Positions 1 to 9,199 of a DNA stretch of 64,000 nucleotides are shown here, piece after piece. This DNA comes from an uncultured Christensenella sp. (GTDB taxonomy: Bacteria > Bacillota > Clostridia > Christensenellales > UBA3700): NCBI GenBank assembly GCA_949290515.1, contig CASERZ010000005.1:101856-165855 (forward strand), written 5' to 3'. The position numbers and the translations under genes are program-made. The notes below the pieces were generated by a model that did no database searches, was not told where the DNA came from, and worked only from the letters and a program-made list of their open reading frames with translations. How positions within the stretch are numbered: position 1 is the stretch's first letter; every line of letters starts with the position of its first letter.

Positions 1-2
1 TA

Positions 3-470
3 GACAGCATCGCGGCATATATCGACAAAGAGGCTAAAAACGCTACCGATGCCAATAAGGCAGAAGTACAGGCAAGATTGCAGCTTGCAGTAGAAAAACT
101 CGAAGCTTACAAGGACGAAACCACTCCTTTGGCTAACGAGGAAATATCTGAAGTACAGTCTTTGCTTACGGCAATCAAGGGTATCGTGGACGGTATCGAA
201 CTCCCCGAAAGAATGACGCTTGACGACCTCAAAGAAATATCCGTAAAACTCAACGAATATGCTTCTGAGAAAAAACAGGTAATGGACGAAAGCCTTACCA
301 AGGAGCAGAAAGAGGAAATCGCAGAAGCTCAGAAGAACGCGGTAGACAAACTCACGAGTGCATACGACGTATGTATGAATGCAATCTCCGAAGCCGAAGA
401 GACGGCAAAGGCACATTTGCAAACTCTCAGAGAGCAGAGACTTGAATATCTCGAGTCGAGAGCCGCATAA
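3..470 (+). CDS. C-terminal part of a helical/coiled-coil protein of unknown function (5' end outside window)
   Basis: The frame is open from base 3 (DSIAAYIDKEAKN...) into the listed ORF 78-470. The sequence is Glu/Lys/Ala-rich and heptad-like. A terminator follows at 507-547. Confidence 0.5.
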   Translation, partial: DSIAAYIDKEAKNATDANKAEVQARLQLAVEKLEAYKDETTPLANEEISEVQSLLTAIKGIVDGIELPERMTLDDLKEISVKLNEYASEKKQVMDESLTKEQKEEIAEAQKNAVDKLTSAYDVCMNAISEAEETAKAHLQTLREQRLEYLESRAA

Positions 471-506
471 TAATCAAGCCATAACCTAATCCCACACAAC
501 TTACAG

Positions 507-547
507 AGAGGCGACCGCCGAAAGACGGTTGTCTCTTTGTTTTTTTG
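507..547 (+). terminator. Rho-independent terminator
   Basis: Stem AGAGGCGACCG / CGGTTGTCTCT with two G.U pairs that only work on the + strand, followed by TTGTTTTTTT. Confidence 0.7.
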
Positions 548-623
548 TACCGCCTCGAAGGGGTGCTCACTGTCTGTAAGCGTGTCTTTTCCGCGCTTTT
601 CAGTTCGGCGTCATCGTAATACG

Positions 624-645
624 GCAAGTATTACTTCTTCCTTCT
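624..645. repeat. 22-bp direct repeat, copy 1 (GCAAGTATTACTTCTTCCTTCT)
   Basis: Identical 22-mer recurs at 762-783. The flanks are also related (TAATAC upstream, CGCACC..GCGGTACA downstream). Confidence 0.8.
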
Positions 646-761
646 AAGCATCGCAAAATCCACGGCTTACAGCCTAGTTCGCACCCCTTCTCGGCGGTAC
701 AGAGATTTATATAATAGTTAGACTATTTTCCGTGTTTTACATTCAGTATTCTCATAATACT

Positions 762-783
762 GCAAGTATTACTTCTTCCTTCT
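762..783. repeat. 22-bp direct repeat, copy 2
   Basis: Identical to 624-645. It lies just downstream of the stop of the minus-strand small ORF 809-958. Confidence 0.8.
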
Positions 784-808
784 CGCACCGCCGTCTTGCG
801 GTACACAC

Positions 809-958
809 TCACAAATCGTCCGCGTCCTGTACGGGTGTGCCTGTGATGACGGTGCCGTTTGTGGGATTGCCTGTATAAGAGCCGTTTACGTCGTACGCGC
901 TGTACATAGGCAATGCGAGTTTTTGAACTTTGCTTGAATTTTTGATTTTCTTTTTCAT
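809..958 (-). CDS. 49-aa small protein/peptide, unknown function
   Basis: Internal ATG of listed ORF 809-997 is preceded by AAGGAGAAACT. Product is MKKKIKNSSKVQKLALPMYSAYDVNGSYTGNPTNGTVITGTPVQDADDL, with a basic N-terminus, a Gly/Thr/Asn-rich core and an acidic end. Confidence 0.45.
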   Translation of the reverse strand: MKKKIKNSSKVQKLALPMYSAYDVNGSYTGNPTNGTVITGTPVQDADDL

Positions 959-1125
959 AGTTTCTCCTTGTTGCAGGCATAGAGTGCCTTTGGTCATATT
1001 ATGAGTAAAAGCTTATTTACTTATGCGTAGCGAAGTAGTGTAATAGATATGTCAAATAAAGGTTTTGAAATATATTAGATATGGACAACGTCTTTGCGGT
1101 GTGTTATACTAAACGCGAGGATGAT

Positions 1126-2352
1126 ATGAAATACAGCGAATTTTCCAACGGTACAAAGGTAATCGACGGCAAGGACGTTCTGGCAGAACTTCCTACGATA
1201 CTCATCGGGCTTAACGCATCGAGAGTATTGTTGGTTGCCAATACTTTTTTGCATTCTCAAGGATATGTGGACAAGGTCAAGAAGTCAATCGAAAGACACG
1301 GCAGTCTTAAAGTCAGCGCGGTATATCTGGAAAACCGTGTAGAGGATAATATGAGCGCGCTCAAGGATATGTATTTTGTTTATATGTCCAACAGCTGCGA
1401 TTCTATCGTAGTGTGCGGAAGCGGAAAACTTATAGATTACGCAAAGGCACTCAAACTTCTCGTATCCACGCAAGTAAACGATATAGAGAGATTTTATAAT
1501 CCCGAGGCCGCAGTCAGACAGGCGATACGCGTTCCGCTAATCACCGTTCCTTCCAAATTCGGTATAGGCAACGAGACCAACGCAACGGCAATTGTATATG
1601 ACGAGAAAAAGGGCGTCAGCCGCAATATAATCAACAATATTCTGCTTCCCGACTATTGTATCGTTGACAGCGAAAACTTTGCACGTATGGACAAAAAACT
1701 CATTGCATACAGCGTACTGGAAATTCTCGCGCGCGCAATCGACGGATTTACAAGCAAAAACTCCACTAATTTTGCGGCGACGGATTTGATATCGCGTATG
1801 GTAGATGAGGTTACGGGAAAAACTCCCGCGTCTATCAGTGAAGGATTTTGCAGGGTTGCGCTCATAGAGCTCAAGTCAACTGCACTGAGTATGCTTGAAT
1901 CTCCGAATGAGAGTAAGGCGGTAAGGCTGGAAATGGTAAGCGCGTATTTGTCTAAAGGTACGGACAGTTGCGGCTTGGGACTGATACACTGTACGGCGCA
2001 GGCACTCAGCGACGTGCTGAAGACGGAGTATTGCAAAGTATTGCCAAGAGCTATTCGCATAGCCGTCAAATACAATCTGGACGCGTGCAAACAAAAATAC
2101 GCTCAATGTCTTTTAGCATTTACAGGCTGGGACGCATATACTTCCGCGCCCAAGGACGAAAGACATTACGAATTTGCTCGGCAAGTGTTCAAGTTTATTG
2201 AAACACTCGAAAAGAAGTATATAAAACCTGCAAAAGAGAAGGAACTTGACGAGGAAGAAAAGCAAGCCGTACTCAACCATATGGCATACAACGTACACCT
2301 TCTCAACAATCCCCAAAAATTCAACGTCGTCAACTTCAAAATGGCACTTTAA
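1126..2352 (+). CDS. Iron-containing alcohol dehydrogenase family protein (divergent)
   Basis: Fe-ADH layout is present: CGSGKLIDYAKA in place of GGGSxxDxAK, and GLGLIHCTAQAL in place of the GxGxxHaxaH motif. Start chosen at the ATG with GAGGA 5 nt upstream. Confidence 0.7.
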   Translation: MKYSEFSNGTKVIDGKDVLAELPTILIGLNASRVLLVANTFLHSQGYVDKVKKSIERHGSLKVSAVYLENRVEDNMSALKDMYFVYMSNSCDSIVVCGSGKLIDYAKALKLLVSTQVNDIERFYNPEAAVRQAIRVPLITVPSKFGIGNETNATAIVYDEKKGVSRNIINNILLPDYCIVDSENFARMDKKLIAYSVLEILARAIDGFTSKNSTNFAATDLISRMVDEVTGKTPASISEGFCRVALIELKSTALSMLESPNESKAVRLEMVSAYLSKGTDSCGLGLIHCTAQALSDVLKTEYCKVLPRAIRIAVKYNLDACKQKYAQCLLAFTGWDAYTSAPKDERHYEFARQVFKFIETLEKKYIKPAKEKELDEEEKQAVLNHMAYNVHLLNNPQKFNVVNFKMAL

Positions 2353-2364
2353 TCAGAGGAGTAT

Positions 2365-3543
2365 ATGGAATACAATTTTGAGAGCGATATCAAGTTTCTT
2401 GTCGGTGACAAGTCGCTGAGAAAGTCTATTACGGAAATCGTCAATATAGGCTGTAGGCGTATTATGCTCATATGCGACGAAATCAGCGACAGAGTAGGAC
2501 AGGTTTCGGATATGCTCCGTCAATTCAACAGAGAGCTTAATATAGTCGAGACATTCAGACGTATAGGCGATATAGCCACTGTGGCGGACTGCGAAAGAGC
2601 GCTCAGAGCCTACAAGTCCAAAGATTGCGACTCCATACTCGTGGCGGGCAGAAAGAGCGCGGTAGCGGTGGCAAAAGCCGTCAAAATAATGCTCAAGGAC
2701 GATATATCGTTTATGTCAAATTACCGTACGTGCAGCGTCAACAACATATCCGCCCAACATATTCCCCTTATCGTCGTGCCTACCAACCTTTCTACGGGAT
2801 TCGAAGCAAGCAATTATGTCAGGATATACGATACAGATAACAACGAGATTTTTGAATTCAACACGCCTTTTGCGCAGACCAACCTGATAGTGCTCGACCC
2901 TTTGATGACGGATACAATGCCCGCTAAAACCGTTGCGGCATCCGGACTTTACGCGCTTGCGATGGCTGTTATGAGCCTTGCGCGCAATGACGAAGTGAGA
3001 CCGCTATCTAAGGTTTACGCGGTGACGGCTATAAATCTTCTCACTGAAAATTTAAAGAAAAGCATATTGTACAATGCATCAAAACAATACCGATTCAAAA
3101 TTTTACTTGCTACCGTCCTGGCGGGCTATGCGTACGGGCAGTCGCCTCGCGACATTCTCGGAGAATTGACCGACAGCATAAGCGACAGATACCGCATAAG
3201 TTACCGCAACGTATTCTGCGTACTTTTTCTCAGTTACGTCAACAAGCACAAATGGACTGAAAGTCTGGATATAAATACTTTTCTCACGCTTATAGGAGAC
3301 AACGATTATCTCGAGGTAGGAGAAGGAGAGGAGAAGAGTAAACAAATAATCAGAGATTCGGTCAACGGATATTATGCGCGCACCAAAAAGTACGTCAAAT
3401 ACGTAGATAAACTCAGAGATATGGGCGTAAGTCAGAGCGACTTTACGGACATAGCTTCGGGAATTATCGCACTTCATAAAAAAGACAAGGGCAAAGAGTA
3501 TACGTTCAGCTTTATTACTCAGCTTTTGGAGGATGCGTTCTGA
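2365..3543 (+). CDS. Fe-ADH-fold paralog with degenerate cofactor/metal motifs
   Basis: Same domain order as the preceding gene, but the glycine motif reads VAGRKSAVAVAKA and no His-rich metal motif is seen. RBS GAGGAG is present. Confidence 0.6.
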   Translation: MEYNFESDIKFLVGDKSLRKSITEIVNIGCRRIMLICDEISDRVGQVSDMLRQFNRELNIVETFRRIGDIATVADCERALRAYKSKDCDSILVAGRKSAVAVAKAVKIMLKDDISFMSNYRTCSVNNISAQHIPLIVVPTNLSTGFEASNYVRIYDTDNNEIFEFNTPFAQTNLIVLDPLMTDTMPAKTVAASGLYALAMAVMSLARNDEVRPLSKVYAVTAINLLTENLKKSILYNASKQYRFKILLATVLAGYAYGQSPRDILGELTDSISDRYRISYRNVFCVLFLSYVNKHKWTESLDINTFLTLIGDNDYLEVGEGEEKSKQIIRDSVNGYYARTKKYVKYVDKLRDMGVSQSDFTDIASGIIALHKKDKGKEYTFSFITQLLEDAF

Positions 3544-4145
3544 TGGGTGTACAAAAACAAAATTACCAGCGTATGCTCGACGAACTGATAGCAGGGTTGG
3601 ATTACAGACCCAAATTGCTCTTGCACGCCTGCTGCGCGCCTTGCAGCAGCTATTGCATAGAGTATCTCAAAAAGTATTTTGACATTACGCTTTTTTTCTA
3701 TAATCCCAACATAACAGATAAAAAAGAGTTTGACAAACGCTACAACGAACTGGTGCGTCTTGTGTCGCTTACCGCACCCGAAATAAAAATAGTTTGCCCC
3801 GATTATAATCCTGACGAGTTTTTATCCGCCGTCAAAGGCAAAGAGCATTGTCCCGAAGGCGGAGAAAGATGCGGGATATGCTATGCGCTACGCTTGAAAA
3901 AGACTTTCGATTATGCCGAGGCAAACGGCTACGAATATTATTGTTCTACGCTGTCCATAAGTCCTCACAAGGACGCCGAAAGATTGAACAATATAGGCAA
4001 TGCAATCGCACAGGGAAGTGCTGTCAAATTCCTGCCCAACGACTTCAAAAAGAAGGGCGGGTATCTGAGGTCGATAGAGATTTGCAGAGAGTACGGTATA
4101 TACAGGCAGAGTTATTGCGGCTGCCTATATAGCGACCGCGAATAG
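3543..4145 (+). CDS. queH: Epoxyqueuosine reductase QueH (DUF208)
   Basis: LLLHACCAPCSSY, CGICYALRL and SYCGC cysteine motifs typical of QueH. ATG overlaps the upstream TGA by 1 nt. Confidence 0.85.
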   Translation: MGVQKQNYQRMLDELIAGLDYRPKLLLHACCAPCSSYCIEYLKKYFDITLFFYNPNITDKKEFDKRYNELVRLVSLTAPEIKIVCPDYNPDEFLSAVKGKEHCPEGGERCGICYALRLKKTFDYAEANGYEYYCSTLSISPHKDAERLNNIGNAIAQGSAVKFLPNDFKKKGGYLRSIEICREYGIYRQSYCGCLYSDRE

Positions 4146-4181
4146 GCGAGCGCGTATAGCGGCGCGCCTTTACGAATTTTT

Positions 4182-4237
4182 GCGAGCAGTTACGCTCGGT
4201 CACGTACGCTTAGTACGCTCCGCTCGCGAACTCTCTT
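4182..4237. repeat. Left inverted-repeat arm of copy A
   Basis: GCGAGCAGTTACGCTCGGTCACGTACGCTTAGTACGCTCCGCTCGCGAACTCTCTT is the reverse complement of 4729-4784 (54/56 by hand alignment). Confidence 0.85.
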
Positions 4238-4511
4238 AAAATTCACAAAATCACACCGCTCTCCGCGCTCGCACGGAGTAGGGAACATAGCGGCGCGTTC
4301 GCTCACCTCGACAAAATACCCACGCTTCCGAAGTATCGAAAGCGTAAGGCAAAACGTCGGGTTCGCTCTATACCGACCAAACGAAACGGTGTATATTCGA
4401 CAAGCGAATAAAACCGTTTGTCGGTACTGTCTTTAAACTGATATAAATTCCACTTGCGCGCAAAACGCGCGTATATATGCCCGCACATTATGCATACACA
4501 CGTTGGAAACT

Positions 4512-4552
4512 TAATTTATACAATTTAAGCCTTATGTAAATTGTATAAATTA
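4512..4552. repeat. Perfect hairpin repeat (16-bp stem, loop AGCCTTATG)
   Basis: TAATTTATACAATTTA-AGCCTTATG-TAAATTGTATAAATTA. The same element occurs at 63493-63533, with variants at 10103-10139 and 47114-47152. Confidence 0.9.
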
Positions 4553-4728
4553 TTATATTATAATATATATACGGTATTTGACTTTGCTTATAGCGCGCAT
4601 TTACGGCAAGCGAAAAAGGAAAATATAATTACTTACTTCGTGCGAGCGTCGCAGATAAAGGCAAAATATGCGTAGATATATTACAAAATCTGTGCGACCG
4701 CAGAGATTGGTGCAGAGTTGCGATTTTG

Positions 4729-4784
4729 AAGAGAGTTCGCGAGCGGAGCGTACTAGACGTACGTGACCGAGCGTAACTGCTCGC
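4729..4784. repeat. Right inverted-repeat arm of copy A
   Basis: Reverse complement of 4182-4237. The listed GTG start at 4763 lies inside this arm. Confidence 0.85.
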
Positions 4785-4834
4785 GCAAAATCGCAAATAT
4801 GTGCCGATATATGCGGTCGCCTATAAGGAGAAAT

Positions 4835-5761
4835 ATGGGACTATACAAAAAATTACGAAAATATATTACAGGCAAACGTATGGTTTGGCCTCCCGCATTT
4901 CGTGAGGACTATACCCTCGACGAGATAAACTTCCGCGACCCCTATATCGTCAAGGACGGCAAGGGAGGATACGTAATGACTGGTACTGTCTATCATTACA
5001 ATTACAACGATTCGAATATGTGTCTTTTGTACAAGAGCAAGGATTTGCTTACGTGGAGCGGACCTTACAAGATAGTGGACGGCAACAAGCTTGCAAAAAA
5101 ACACTATGATTTCTGGGCGCCCGAGATACACGTGATAGACGGTCGGTATTTTCTTGCTATAACGCTTCACCCTGAAGGAGAGAAGCGAGGCACCTATCTT
5201 TTCGAGAGCGATACTTTGGACGGTGAGTATTCTATGGTGTGCAGGCTGACTCCTGAGGATAAAAACTCTCTTGACGGTACTTTGGTATGCGAGGGGGAAG
5301 AGGTGTGGTGCACTTATTGCCACGAGTATATAGACGTGGGTGACGGGCATATACGCTCTGTAAAACTCAAATCTGATTACAGCGGCATTGAAGAAGATAC
5401 TGACAGATTGCTTTTTAAGGCAAGTTCAAACACTTACGAATGCGTAAGGTCGCGCAAGAAAGTAACTGACGGACCATTTTACTTCAAAAAAGACGGGCAA
5501 TTATATCTTTTGTGGTCTACGGAATTGAGGAGAGGAAAGTATGCCTTGTTGCTGGCAAAGTCGTCGGACGGCACCGTATACGGTCAATTCGCTCAGGAAG
5601 GCGTGCTTTTCGACGGGGACGGAGGACACGCGATGGTGTTTGAGGACTATGACGGCGTTTTAAAGGTCGTAATGCATTGTCCCAATGCCCGCACTGTTTT
5701 TACGCATCAATTCGAGCGTCCTCTTATACTCCCTTTTTCTTCTCTTGAACTCAAAAAATAA
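4835..5761 (+). CDS. Glycoside hydrolase family 43 (beta-xylosidase/alpha-L-arabinofuranosidase-like)
   Basis: FRDPYIV, DFWAPEIH and VTDGPFYF..LLWS blocks of the GH43 beta-propeller. Start is the ATG at 4835 behind AAGGAG. Confidence 0.8.
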   Translation: MGLYKKLRKYITGKRMVWPPAFREDYTLDEINFRDPYIVKDGKGGYVMTGTVYHYNYNDSNMCLLYKSKDLLTWSGPYKIVDGNKLAKKHYDFWAPEIHVIDGRYFLAITLHPEGEKRGTYLFESDTLDGEYSMVCRLTPEDKNSLDGTLVCEGEEVWCTYCHEYIDVGDGHIRSVKLKSDYSGIEEDTDRLLFKASSNTYECVRSRKKVTDGPFYFKKDGQLYLLWSTELRRGKYALLLAKSSDGTVYGQFAQEGVLFDGDGGHAMVFEDYDGVLKVVMHCPNARTVFTHQFERPLILPFSSLELKK

Positions 5762-6196
5762 AAATTTGTTTAATATACCGGATACGCTGATACGCGCATA
5801 CGCTTTTACGACGTGTGCGCGTACTTATTGAAACAATCGACTTCCTGCGATGAGTTTTTACAAAGAAAAGGCGGTTTTTGCATTAAAAAACATTTTTATG
5901 GACAAAACGGTGTAGATTTTAGCAGTAAATCGTCAGTGATATGCAGGTTAAATATTGTTAAATTTGCCACATAGTCTAAATATATAGAAAATATCAAGTA
6001 TAATTGCATTATATATTAGCGTATTTTAGAAAAATGTTTAAAATATCACTATGGACTTATCATAAATAATCCACTTGAAAAAAGCGTGGGAAAAGCTGTT
6101 CAAAACAGTTTACTTTTTTTGCAGATGTTGTATAATACAAGCGAATTTTATGAGGCATATTATATAATACGGACTACAAAAGAGAGTAAAAAGTCT

Positions 6197-7579
6197 ATGG
6201 TACAGGATTTGACCAGCGGAAAACCGCTCAAACAGATTATGAAGTTTGCGTTGCCGATATTTATAGGCAACGTATTTCAACAGCTTTACAGTATGGTCGA
6301 CACGATTATCGTCGGCAATACGCTGGGAGAAGCAGCGCTTGCAGGCGTAGGCGCAACCAGTGCGATATCCTTCCTCATCATCGGTTTCGTACAGGGTATG
6401 ACCGCCGGCTTTTCCGTCAAGACAAGTCAGTATTTCGGAAGTCACGACGAGTACAACGTAAAAAGAAGCGTTGCTACTTCGTTTACGCTGTGTGCGGTTA
6501 CGACGGTTATTCTTACGTTAATCAGCGTATTTACGACTATGCCTCTTCTCAAACTTATGAAGACTCCTGACGAGATTATACAGTATTCTTACGATTATAT
6601 CGTCATAATTTACGCAGGACTTTTCGCTACCGTATTTTACAATATGGTTTCGAGTATACTCAGGGCTTTGGGTGACAGTAAAGTTCCTCTTCTCTTCCTT
6701 ATTATGGCTTCGGTAATCAACGTAGGCGTTGACTTGCTGTTTATCGTCGTATTCAAGATGGGCGTTGCCGGCGCAGGCTGGGCAACCGTACTTTCGCAGC
6801 TTCTTTCCGCTATAGCTTGCCTTATATATATGTTCAAGAAGTACGATATTCTCAAAATCAAAAAGGAGCATTTCAAGACTTCGTGGAGATTTTGTTATCA
6901 GCATCTTGCAATCGGACTTCCTATGGCACTACAGTATTCTATTATCGCTATAGGCATAATGGTACAGCAGAGCGCGGTCAATATACTGGGTACGAGATAC
7001 GTGAGCGCATATACTGCGGCAACCAAGATAGATACTCTTGTCACTCAGTCGCTAGTGGCTATGGGTGCGGCAATCGCTACTTACGTAGGACAGAATTACG
7101 GCGCATTGAGATATGACAGAATCAAAAAAGGCGTCGACCAAGCGATGACGATAAGTATAGCTATTGCCGTTTTGTGCGGAATAGCGGTATATTTCGGGTC
7201 GGATTTGATGACGGGACTTTTCGTGGAAAACGCAGACGCCGAGATGCTTGCGCTGTCAAAGAAGTTTTTGATGTGGCAAGGTATATTCTATATCTGTCTT
7301 GCCGTTATTTACGTATACAGAAACGCTTTGCAGGGTATGGGGCACAGCGCGCTGACGATGTTTGCGGGGTTGACGGAGCTTTCAATGAGAATATTCGCGT
7401 CGCTTTTGTTGGCTCATATCTTCGGATATATGGGTATTTGTCTTTCCAACCAGTGTGCGTGGATAGGCGCGGATATATTCCTTTTGACGAGTTATTATAT
7501 AATTATCGGCAAGAAGCTTCAGAAGAGCAAAGTCGGTAACTTGGTCACCGTCAATCGTAAAAGTTTTGCTCATTCTTGA
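6197..7579 (+). CDS. MATE family efflux transporter
   Basis: N-terminal signature LKQIMKFALPIFIGNVFQQLYSMVDTIIVG and about 12 hydrophobic segments. The ATG at 6197 is preferred over the upstream GTG. Confidence 0.85.
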   Translation: MVQDLTSGKPLKQIMKFALPIFIGNVFQQLYSMVDTIIVGNTLGEAALAGVGATSAISFLIIGFVQGMTAGFSVKTSQYFGSHDEYNVKRSVATSFTLCAVTTVILTLISVFTTMPLLKLMKTPDEIIQYSYDYIVIIYAGLFATVFYNMVSSILRALGDSKVPLLFLIMASVINVGVDLLFIVVFKMGVAGAGWATVLSQLLSAIACLIYMFKKYDILKIKKEHFKTSWRFCYQHLAIGLPMALQYSIIAIGIMVQQSAVNILGTRYVSAYTAATKIDTLVTQSLVAMGAAIATYVGQNYGALRYDRIKKGVDQAMTISIAIAVLCGIAVYFGSDLMTGLFVENADAEMLALSKKFLMWQGIFYICLAVIYVYRNALQGMGHSALTMFAGLTELSMRIFASLLLAHIFGYMGICLSNQCAWIGADIFLLTSYYIIIGKKLQKSKVGNLVTVNRKSFAHS

Positions 7580-7641
7580 CTATAATTTGCCGTAAGGGTA
7601 CAATATAATATATAGAGCAACAGGCTTTTACGGAGGCGATT

Positions 7642-7866
7642 ATGGTAAGACTTAACGAAGACAAGGAAGTAGTCAAAGCAATCAAAGAAGGATTGAAGGC
7701 GCGCGGAGGATATTGTCCTTGCCGCGTGGAAAAGACGGAAGACAACAAGTGCATTTGCAAGGAATTCAGAGAGCAGATAGCCGACCCGAATTTCGAGGGA
7801 TATTGTCACTGTATGCTTTATTATAAGAGCAAGGAGCCTGCAGATAATCAATCCGAGCAGGCATAA
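7642..7866 (+). CDS. Ferredoxin-thioredoxin reductase catalytic-subunit-like small protein
   Basis: 74 aa with GYCPCR..KCICKEF..GYCHC cysteine pattern. RBS GGAGG is present. Confidence 0.65.
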   Translation: MVRLNEDKEVVKAIKEGLKARGGYCPCRVEKTEDNKCICKEFREQIADPNFEGYCHCMLYYKSKEPADNQSEQA

Positions 7867-7893
7867 AGCGCGTTTTTCGCGCTTTTTCCTTTT
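7865..7893 (+). terminator. Rho-independent terminator
   Basis: AAAGCGCG-TTTTT-CGCGCTTT followed by a T-rich run. Confidence 0.7.
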
Positions 7894-8012
7894 CAAGGCA
7901 ATCAATACCGCTTTGGATTTTTCAGTGCATAACGGCGGTGAGTGCAGGTTAAAATTACGAGTTAATACGGATTTTGCGTCAGCCGAAGTATTTGCGGGTT
8001 TTAGGATAGGCA

Positions 8013-8047
8013 TTAAATAAAAGACCGAGCGGTTTGCCCGGTCTTTT
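8013..8047 (-). terminator. Terminator downstream of the DUF378 gene (possibly bidirectional)
   Basis: AAAAGACCG ... CGGTCTTTT stem flanked by A-run and T-run. Confidence 0.65.
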
Positions 8048-8057
8048 ATTTCGCGCA

Positions 8058-8306
8058 TTACTGTTCAGTATGCTTGTGCGAATTCATTTCCTCTACTGCG
8101 TGGATACGCTTGGGAGAAAACTTGTTGTAGATAAGGTATGCGATAAGCCATATGCCTGCGATACCTACGATTGCATAAACAATTCTCGCGCCTACGTAAG
8201 CGTTAGGGGTAAACATCCAGTTGACTACGTTGAAGTCGAAGATACCTACCGCGAGCCAGTTGAGCGCACCGATTGTTACAAGAATGAGTGCAATTACGGT
8301 AATCAT
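8058..8306 (-). CDS. DUF378 domain membrane protein
   Basis: GALNWLAVGIFDFNVV motif and two TM helices. RBS AAGGAGA is present. Confidence 0.8.
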   Translation of the reverse strand: MITVIALILVTIGALNWLAVGIFDFNVVNWMFTPNAYVGARIVYAIVGIAGIWLIAYLIYNKFSPKRIHAVEEMNSHKHTEQ

Positions 8307-8436
8307 ACTATTCTCCTTTTTTAGTTTTGCTATTGATTAGCAACTATAGTGTATATTTTTTGCAAAGTTTTATACATACCTTGCGATAAGACGCAAAATA
8401 GTGTAGAATATAAAAAGGAAACTTTTGAGGGAAGTT

Positions 8437-9198
8437 ATGTCTAAGAGGTCAAAAAAGAAAAATCCTTCCGCTTTGACGGCGAAGGACAGAGAAAACATCG
8501 AATTCAATGCTGCGCTTGACAGGCAGAAAGCTGTGTGGGTAAAGAAGTTCAATATCACGCTTGCCGTGGTAATGAGCGTAGTATTCGTATGTATTCTGTT
8601 GTTGCCCGTATTCAGTATGAGTTTCACGCGCTCGCTTAAGGACCTGATAGGTGACGCGGCGGGAGAGCTGGACGAGAGCGAGGGCGAAGACTTTACTATG
8701 GTAACGTCTATGTCGTTTTTGGATTTTCTGACTGCGCTTGCAGGAAGATATGAGGACAGCGTAAGCTACATTGCCGCCAACAATAACAGCGGTATAGACA
8801 GCTCAGTGGTAGATACGGTATTCCGTAATTTCGTCAGCCAAGACGAGGTGGAGGAGCTTAACAGGGCTTATTACGTGGCTTTTGCGCTGGCAATCGCGCT
8901 TCTTGCCGTTTACATTATCAACGTAGCTACCGTATCCGTATACAGAAGCAAGGGAAAGGACTCTGTTATACTTGCGATTTTCTTTGCGCTGTTGAGTGCG
9001 TTGAGCGTAGCGCAGTGGATATTCTTCGTTATCGTGGGCGCGGGCGCTGCGGATAAAGGACAATTACAGCCGCATATAGGCAGTTATTTCCTGCTTTTCG
9101 CAGGTATTACGCTTATGACGGTTTATATTATTCAGCGCGTTAAAATCGGCAGGATAAACAGGCAGTACAGAGAAGTTGCCGTTGCAAAGGAGAATTGA
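8437..9198 (+). CDS. Membrane protein, unknown function
   Basis: Basic N-terminus followed by several hydrophobic helices. ATG behind GAGGGA. Confidence 0.6.
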   Translation: MSKRSKKKNPSALTAKDRENIEFNAALDRQKAVWVKKFNITLAVVMSVVFVCILLLPVFSMSFTRSLKDLIGDAAGELDESEGEDFTMVTSMSFLDFLTALAGRYEDSVSYIAANNNSGIDSSVVDTVFRNFVSQDEVEELNRAYYVAFALAIALLAVYIINVATVSVYRSKGKDSVILAIFFALLSALSVAQWIFFVIVGAGAADKGQLQPHIGSYFLLFAGITLMTVYIIQRVKIGRINRQYREVAVAKEN

Positions 9199-9199
9199 T

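Larger units (their letters stand above)
4141..4834. repeat. Structured non-coding mosaic repeat, copy A (MITE-like or inverton-like)
   Basis: No credible ORF. Contains 56-bp inverted arms, a central 41-bp palindrome and further hairpins. Several blocks recur at 63197-63704. Confidence 0.7.

Noticed and set aside
4763-4834. N-terminal extension of the GH43 ORF from the listed GTG at 4763.
   Set aside because: The extension lies inside the right inverted-repeat arm and the conserved leader and has no RBS. The ATG at 4835 follows AAGGAG, and its 38-nt upstream segment is homologous, in register, to the one before the ATG of the transporter gene at 63705.
5762-6196. The AT-rich 435-nt gap upstream of the MATE gene as an RNA gene or riboswitch.
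   Set aside because: I found only a weak hairpin (about 5795-5822) and no conserved-looking motif or promoter-terminator pair. It is most simply a promoter region.
7570-8058. 162-aa minus-strand ORF spanning the FTR-like gene region.
   Set aside because: It overlaps a motif-supported + strand gene and two terminators and has no RBS or recognisable domain.
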